From Eledone cirrhosa (lineage: Eukaryota), in NCBI GenBank assembly GCA_964016885.1, contig OZ024741.1, positions 287,804,001 to 287,868,000 on the forward strand: a stretch of DNA of 64,000 bases, written 5' to 3'. This document shows positions 54,589 to 64,000 of this stretch, piece after piece. The notes beneath the pieces are model-generated. The model was not told where the DNA came from and did not search any database. It saw only the letters and a program-made list of their open reading frames with translations. How positions within the stretch are numbered: the stretch's first letter is position 1; every line of letters starts with the position of its first letter. The position numbers and the translations under genes are program-made.

Positions 54589-56326
54589 ATATCCAGTGCT
54601 TTTATCGAGAATGACACAGCTAGAGACTTATAGAATACTTAGCTGTGTACAGGAACTGGTTTGAAAGAGCGGTTGCCGGTCCGGCAGAAATTAGAATTTG
54701 GATTTAATGCTCTGAAATAGCGATATATATGTGAAGACAAACATAGAATATTCGAAAATATTCTGTATGTTTATATATATATATAATGAAGAATAAAAAA
54801 TAAATAAAAATAAACTAGGTGGGACGGAAATAAAGGGACCCTTATACGAGGTATAAGTGCGTGTATCGTACGGTGACGGGTCAACAAAGGGGGGGGGCCA
54901 AAATACTAAAGAGACTACCACGAAATAATAAAGGTTTCTACCCCACGGGAGGACGCCGTCCGTGCAATTTATGCTCGGAGGAAACTTTACAAATGCTGTT
55001 TTCGACGGACCAACTCCTAAACAAGAAAGATGAACTGGTTACTGCATGTAAACACCGATTACGTAGGACTTACCTCGCCCTCAAACCCCATAATGACCCG
55101 GGGGGGGTAGACTAGGGCTATAACACCCCACTTGCCTATTTTGTAAGGGGTAACCCCTGCTTGCCAATGGAGACGTAAGATCTTCTTTTACATTTTTTAT
55201 CGCTTCCTCTATATTTCCTCCTTCCCCCCATCCCTCCCTAGTCCTTCTACCTCAGTTCCCTTTCTTTGTCGTCGTCTTTTTCTCGCCCACCCGAGGTATC
55301 CCCTCGGTCCCTTGTAGCTTCAGCACCACCACCACCCTCCCTTATTCTACGATAGATTTGGCTGACTCCACTTTTTATAGAAGAGGTGTTAGACTTCGGA
55401 TACTTGCCCCCTTCTCCGACCGCTGTACCTTTTTTCCGTGCCTTCTATATTTCTTAGTGGCATCTTTGCTTTAATTTCTCGTTTATCCAGTATTTCTTTC
55501 CTCTTTTTCCCTTTTTTTTTTTTTTTTTTTTGGAGGGGGGGGGGGTTTCTGTATTAATTCTCCGTTCTTTACTTTTACTTCGTACGATCTTTCATGTAGC
55601 TTGTATAAGACTTTCTGTTTCGTGGCGGTACCCTTAGAGTTAGCACGAGTATTTTTTTTTTTTTTTTTACGGGACCCTGAATTATATTCTCGTACTAGTT
55701 TACTTTCTTGCTCTGGGTGGTTGCTGGCCCTGTGATTGGGGTAGAAACCTTTATTATTTCGTGGTAGTCTCTTTAGTATTTTGCCCCCCCCCCCCCTTTA
55801 TTGACCCGTCACCGTACGATACACGCACTTATACCTCGTATAAGGGTCCCTTTATTTCCGTCCCACCTAGTTTATTTTTATTTATTTTTTATTCTTCATT
55901 ATATATATATATTTTTTTTTTTTTTTTTTTTTTTTTGTAATTTATTTATCTATTCTTTTATTCACTTATTTGTTTATTTATTTATTTATGTATTTTTTTA
56001 GCCTAGCAATAGCGAGAGACTTAAGTCTTAGTAACCAGACTTTGCTTATTTTTTTTTCTCTCAGTACTTTTTATAGTTTTACCCTTCTTTGTTTTACTTA
56101 CCGTTTCGACTTCCTCCCCCTCCCCCTCCCCAGTATCTTCTTTGACCTCACACCCAGCTGTAGCCGGCACTACCAACGCATGAATGGGTCTACTCCACCC
56201 CTCTCCCTTTTTCTCCTACCGGCAGGTTCAGCTACCCCTTCCCCTACCAATTTGCCATCACAGATTTACTACTAACTTGTGATGTGACCAATCCTGGTGA
56301 TTATCTCTTTGACCATATATGGAATT

Positions 56327-56420
56327 ACCCCTTGATAAGCTCGGCTATTTAAATACCTGAATAAATTTTCATTCAGTCCAGAATTAGCCGTCGAAACGGC
56401 TTGAGCTCAGCCGCCGGGGT
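56327..56420 (+). ncRNA. Hammerhead ribozyme, U3-A8 variant with a full stem III (inverted copy at 53591-53683)
   Basis: ACCCC-TTGATAA-stem II-GAAA-CGGCT TGAGCTC AGCCG-(T/C)C-GGGGT. Confidence 0.7.
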
Positions 56421-56903
56421 CTTACTTGTTCCTATTACCCACTCTACTACCCTAAGTATTGAGTACTTTGGTGCGTTATGGCCCACCTGATTCCTTACCA
56501 CATTTCCTTCGTTATATAAATATATATATATATATATATATTTATACATATATATTATATATATATACATATATATTATATATATATATATATATACATA
56601 TATATTATATATATATATGTATATATATTATATATATATATATGTATATATATTATATATATATATATACATATATTATATATATATATATACATATATT
56701 ATATATATATATATATATATACATATATTATATATATATATATGTATATGAATGTATATATAGTGTATTTTGCAATATACTGTATACTTAATTAAAATCA
56801 TTTCGAAGACCTTACGCTATTATTTTAGAGTAGTGACAGTCTCACTTACTTTAATTTTCAGCAAACAGGGGAGATAAAGCTGACAGAGCTCTGTTTCGCA
56901 CTT

Positions 56904-58067
56904 TTAGACTCTTGCGTGGCCGTTGCTGTATGGGGGTCTGGTTCTTCTGTTGATTCGTTCAGTATTCATGTGTCTTTGATTTTGTCTCCGGTGATTGTTC
57001 TTGGTGTTATGGCAGTGGTTGTATCTGGTTCTGGTGTTGAGTATTGGGTCTGTATGTAGTTGTGTGTTTGGGGTTACCCAATATCTGGTTGTTGTTGGTT
57101 TATTGTGTGTGGGTGCTTCATTTCTTGTGTTGTTGTATTTTCCTGAGTTCTGGGGTTTCCTATGGGTTTGTTTTCTGGGTTTTATTTGGTCTTTCCCATA
57201 GTTATCTTCATATTCTTGAAGCCATTGAGTTCTTGACTCCAAGATTTTCTTTGATTTTAACTCCTCTCTAGTTGTATCTGTCTGCCATAGGTTAAGGAGT
57301 TTTTCACGTACATTGCCGCTGCTTCTTTTGTTTATTTCCTCTTGGATGGTGGTGTCGCATTTTTCAAATTTCTCTTTGAATTTTGGCACTCTTAGGCGGA
57401 GTAGGGTGATTTCGGTCTCAAGTGTTTGGAGTGCTAGATTTAGTCTTGTTGCAGTTTCTTCCTTTGATTCCGATGGTATTTCTTTAATTCGGAATTTTCT
57501 CGGGAGGATAACTGGTTCCTTGCTACGCCATATTTCGTATGTGTCTGCTAGGTTTTCACTCCTCAAGGCTTTCCAGTATGCCTGTTTCCTTTGATTTAAT
57601 AATGGGTTCCAAATGTTTTTCATTTGGTTTCTTTTTCTGTAGGCTTCTTTTTCTAGGTTCAGTTCATTCCATTCTTTGAATGCATTATTGGTGATGGAGT
57701 TCTGTTCATGTGTAGCTATTTCAGGAGAAAAGGTTTGTTCTTGTTTTTGCCGGCCTGTAATTAGTGAATCAAGTTTTTCCCTATAGCTGCGTGTTTGTTG
57801 TTCCATTTCTTGTACGGCATTCGTAAGGGAATCATATTTATCTATTATTATGGTGAGTTTTTCTGATATTTCCTGTAGTAGTGTATCCGATTTGAGGGAT
57901 TCAGTAGAGGATTTTGAACGTGTGTTAGCCATTCTGTCTTGTACAAGGGGATAGAATATTGGAAAATGTGTGTAATCCTTGGTACAGTTAGGTATATTAA
58001 GACAGGGGGGAAGAAAAAATGGCTTCACTTGTGCTTTCAACAAATTTATTTTCTTCACAAAATCCAA
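56904..58067 (-). CDS. PLE N-terminal extension homolog without a downstream RT (likely start MANTRSK at ~57932)
   Basis: Shares LLQEISEKL, RKQAYWKA, ILPRKF..EI..E..EET..R and EY..NYGKD with 51795-53141. Confidence 0.65.
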   Translation of the reverse strand: MDFVKKINLLKAQVKPFFLPPCLNIPNCTKDYTHFPIFYPLVQDRMANTRSKSSTESLKSDTLLQEISEKLTIIIDKYDSLTNAVQEMEQQTRSYREKLDSLITGRQKQEQTFSPEIATHEQNSITNNAFKEWNELNLEKEAYRKRNQMKNIWNPLLNQRKQAYWKALRSENLADTYEIWRSKEPVILPRKFRIKEIPSESKEETATRLNLALQTLETEITLLRLRVPKFKEKFEKCDTTIQEEINKRSSGNVREKLLNLWQTDTTREELKSKKILESRTQWLQEYEDNYGKDQIKPRKQTHRKPQNSGKYNNTRNEAPTHNKPTTTRYWVTPNTQLHTDPILNTRTRYNHCHNTKNNHRRQNQRHMNTERINRRTRPPYSNGHARV

Positions 58068-58777
58068 AAAGAATTTTTCTTAAAAAAATTATTTTATAAA
58101 TTAAGTTGTTGGTTGTTGGTTAGGTCTTAGGAGTTCTTGGTTAACGTAGGAGGTATTGTTTCGTTTTTAGAAAGACCTTTCACGCTGAGGTGCGCTTGTC
58201 AAACTGATGTGTATGTGGTGTGTTATTCTATATATAGGGATTTAACATGTCTGTGGTGTGGTGGGGGTTTCTTTTCTCCCCCTTTAATAAGTGCATGGGT
58301 GTAGGTGTGTTGAAAAAGTGTTCATAGCAGTAATGAGTTGAGACGGTGAGTAGGGTTGGGTGGGGAGAAATGTAGCAAGTGCAGCCTGCCCCGGTCATTC
58401 TCGAAAAATTCCTTTATTCAGGGGAAGAAGCTTTTAGTATTGCTTTTGTGTTGAGAATGGTCACAGGCAAATCGCACCTGTCAAGTTTGTGAATAATTAT
58501 TTTTTTCTTCTTTTTTTCCTGAAGAATTTTTCTACGTCCATCCCAAAGTTAGTCCTTTGTTCAACACACACATATGTGCGCATATACGTACATACACACA
58601 CGGGCATATGTAGGAATATATAGGCACACACCATCAATCACACACCCATGCACAAATACATCCACATACATACACAAAAACATATAGAGACACATATAAA
58701 AACACATATATACATACGTACACACACGAATATGTACTCATACCTCCACATGGGTATATATATATATATATATACAT

Positions 58778-58809
<32 letters not shown>

Positions 58810-58903
58810 ATACATATACACATATACATACATATATATATATATATACATACATATACACATATACATACATATATATATATATATACATACATATACA
58901 CAT

Positions 58904-58948
<45 letters not shown>

Positions 58949-59158
58949 CATATACACATACACACACATATACACACACACATATATATATATACACACA
59001 CACATATATATATATATATATACATATATACATACATATATACATATATACATATATACATACATATATACATATATACATACATATACATACATGCATA
59101 TACATACATATACACACATAAAGATACATAACTAAATATACATATATACACATACACG

Positions 59159-59191
<33 letters not shown>

Positions 59192-59214
59192 GCACGTGTA
59201 TAGACACACACACA

Positions 59215-59273
<59 letters not shown>

Positions 59274-59583
59274 ACACACACACATATGTCCGTATATATT
59301 CCCCTCCGTTCACACATACATGCATACACACACACACATACACACATACATCTATATATATATACACATATAAAGAGAGAGGCATACACACCTCAGCGTG
59401 AAAGGTCTTTCTAAAAACGAAACAATACCTCCTACGTTAACCAAGAACTCCTAAGACCTAACCAACAACCAACAACTTAATTTATAAAATAATTTTTTTA
59501 AGAAAAATTCTTTTGGGATTTTGTGAAGAAAATAAATTTGTTGAAAGCACAAGTGAAGCCATTTTTTCTTCCCCCCTGTCTTA

Positions 59584-59585
<2 letters not shown>
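57995..59585. mobile_element. PLE pseudo-LTR region with inverted copy
   Basis: ~195-bp inverted arms 57995-58192 and 59389-59585 upstream of the ORF. Confidence 0.65.
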
Positions 59586-59624
<39 letters not shown>

Positions 59625-59653
59625 CATATATAACTATATATAATATATATACA

Positions 59654-59962
59654 CAAAATACTGAGTGCATATCTTACATAGTGCATATCTTCGAACTTCT
59701 CTTAAACTAATCAACTATATGCCAAAAATCAACAGACACATTCACAAAAAAACACACTCACTCACACACTCGCGCGCAACCATACATACACATATACACA
59801 CAGAAAAACACACACACATATATAAATATATGTGTTTATGGTTGCGCGCGAGTGTGTGAGTGAGTGTGTTTTTTTGTGAATGTGTCTGTTGATTTTTGGC
59901 ATATAGTTGATTAGTTTAAGAGAAGTTCGAAGATAATTGTAAGATATGCACTCAGTATTTTG
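59654..59962. repeat. ~310-bp fold-back or MITE-like palindrome
   Basis: CAAAATACTGAGTGCATATCTTACA...TGTAAGATATGCACTCAGTATTTTG; ~125-bp arms. Confidence 0.75.
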
Positions 59963-60157
59963 AATCTGTCTAGAGAATTCTCTAAATCTTTGTCACTTAG
60001 TAGAACCTTAATGAATTTAGCTTTTAAAGAATCTCCCTTTCCTTTAATTCTATCTACCATGACTGACCACCCCACTGATCTTATAGACATCTGTTAGCTT
60101 AAGAGAAACTTAATGACAAGGAATGGTATGCCATCCGGAACCTGTTTATAGAATTCT

Positions 60158-62824
<2,667 letters not shown>

Positions 62825-63368
62825 CGAAGCGCTGAACGAGTGTGACTTTTTAGTCCAGCCAGCGACTTGAAAACTCTGGTACAAACACTACACTTGTGAC
62901 AATTATTGACACATAGTGCTGGGCCCATGGTACCATGTGAGGACAAGTGCAGAGAGATCTCCAGATATAAAGCAATGCCTGTGCCGTGAAGCTTTTATAG
63001 TGAGCAAAGGCACTGCACAAAGCCAGTCCCACTCTCTTAACCAAGATGATATTTACCAAAAGAAGAACAAGTCAACATCATTGGATACCATCAGGGTTGC
63101 AGGTGTTATATCAGAGTTTTCCTTCTCCTAGAATTCTGCCTTGACAAAGGCTAAGGGGTCATCTCTCCCGGTGATTTTGGATGGCCATTGACTCTTAAGA
63201 GCTCCTTTGCCCTTTGACAGGTTTTGTTTTTAGTCCTGCAGGATGTCCAAAGTCACCCTCCTCACCAAGAAACCTTGGTGGGGTTGCCAGTTTAGTCGCC
63301 AACGACCCGACCATGAGACAGGTTGTACTGGGATACATGTTACCAGTAGCACCAACTGGTGACCTGAC
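62825..63368 (-). mobile_element. Probable LINE (RTE-like) 5'UTR fragment
   Basis: GC-balanced structured leader ..CTAAACTGGCAACCCCACC..ACTAAAAAC..; next to (TA)n; no clear ORF. Confidence 0.4.
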
Positions 63369-63382
63369 ATATATATATATAC

Positions 63383-63481
<99 letters not shown>

Positions 63482-63482
63482 C

Positions 63483-63579
<97 letters not shown>

Positions 63580-63590
63580 CATATATATAC

Positions 63591-63695
<105 letters not shown>

Positions 63696-63714
63696 CTTAT
63701 ATATATATATATAC

Positions 63715-63760
<46 letters not shown>

Positions 63761-63763
63761 TAC

Positions 63764-63796
<33 letters not shown>

Positions 63797-63807
63797 CATA
63801 TATATAC

Positions 63808-63874
<67 letters not shown>

Positions 63875-63943
63875 CATATATATATACATATATATATATA
63901 TACATATATATACATATATATATATATACATATATATATATAC

Positions 63944-63992
<49 letters not shown>

Positions 63993-64000
63993 CATATATA

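Larger units (their letters stand above)
54108..54775 (-). mobile_element. Non-LTR retrozyme: ~2.1 tandem 312-bp HHR units
   Basis: Units 54108-54419 and 54420-54731 appear identical, plus a partial third; inserted in a (TA)n of the host PLE arm and absent from the other arm. Confidence 0.85.
53578..56515. mobile_element. Fold-back PLE (GIY-YIG C-terminus on +) with HHRs
   Basis: Arms ~53578-54945 and ~55735-56435; CNLCSEE..LLNKKDELVTACKHR at 54960-55070; tail 56436-56515. Confidence 0.85.

Noticed and set aside
59391-59432. Possible hammerhead CGTGAAAG...GAAACAATA (and inverted copy at ~58150-58190)
   Set aside because: The core does not fit CTGANGA and no stem I could be formed; not called

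Overview
AT-rich, microsatellite-laden eukaryotic (animal) DNA with no recognisable host gene. The SINE and LINE fragments look like those of cephalopod molluscs (Octopus-like; this is inference). The window is a nest of mobile elements. (1) Tx1/L1-type LINEs that always abut (GATA)n. (2) R4/Dong-like RT-REL LINEs and RTE fragments. (3) Two non-autonomous Helitrons, one Helentron-like element carrying a 2A-like peptide ORF, and a pogo-like MITE. (4) At least a dozen Penelope-like element (PLE) insertions from unrelated families, sitting in (TA)n tracts. Most PLEs are fold-back (inverted) structures, up to a 12-kb palindrome, and carry minimal type I hammerhead ribozymes (about 20 HHR motifs read by eye). 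Two tandem-HHR retrozyme-like arrays are also present (312-bp and 433-bp units). The most striking unexplained signal is a covarying bulged hairpin, 5'-RCTC-stem-loop-stem-2-nt bulge-GAGY-3'. It recurs about 15 times in otherwise unalignable PLE tails and, in the fold-back copies, starts a few nt past the point where the shorter inverted arm ends. It is a candidate conserved cis-signal for PLE reverse transcription or integration. All coordinates were counted by hand and may be off by a few bases.
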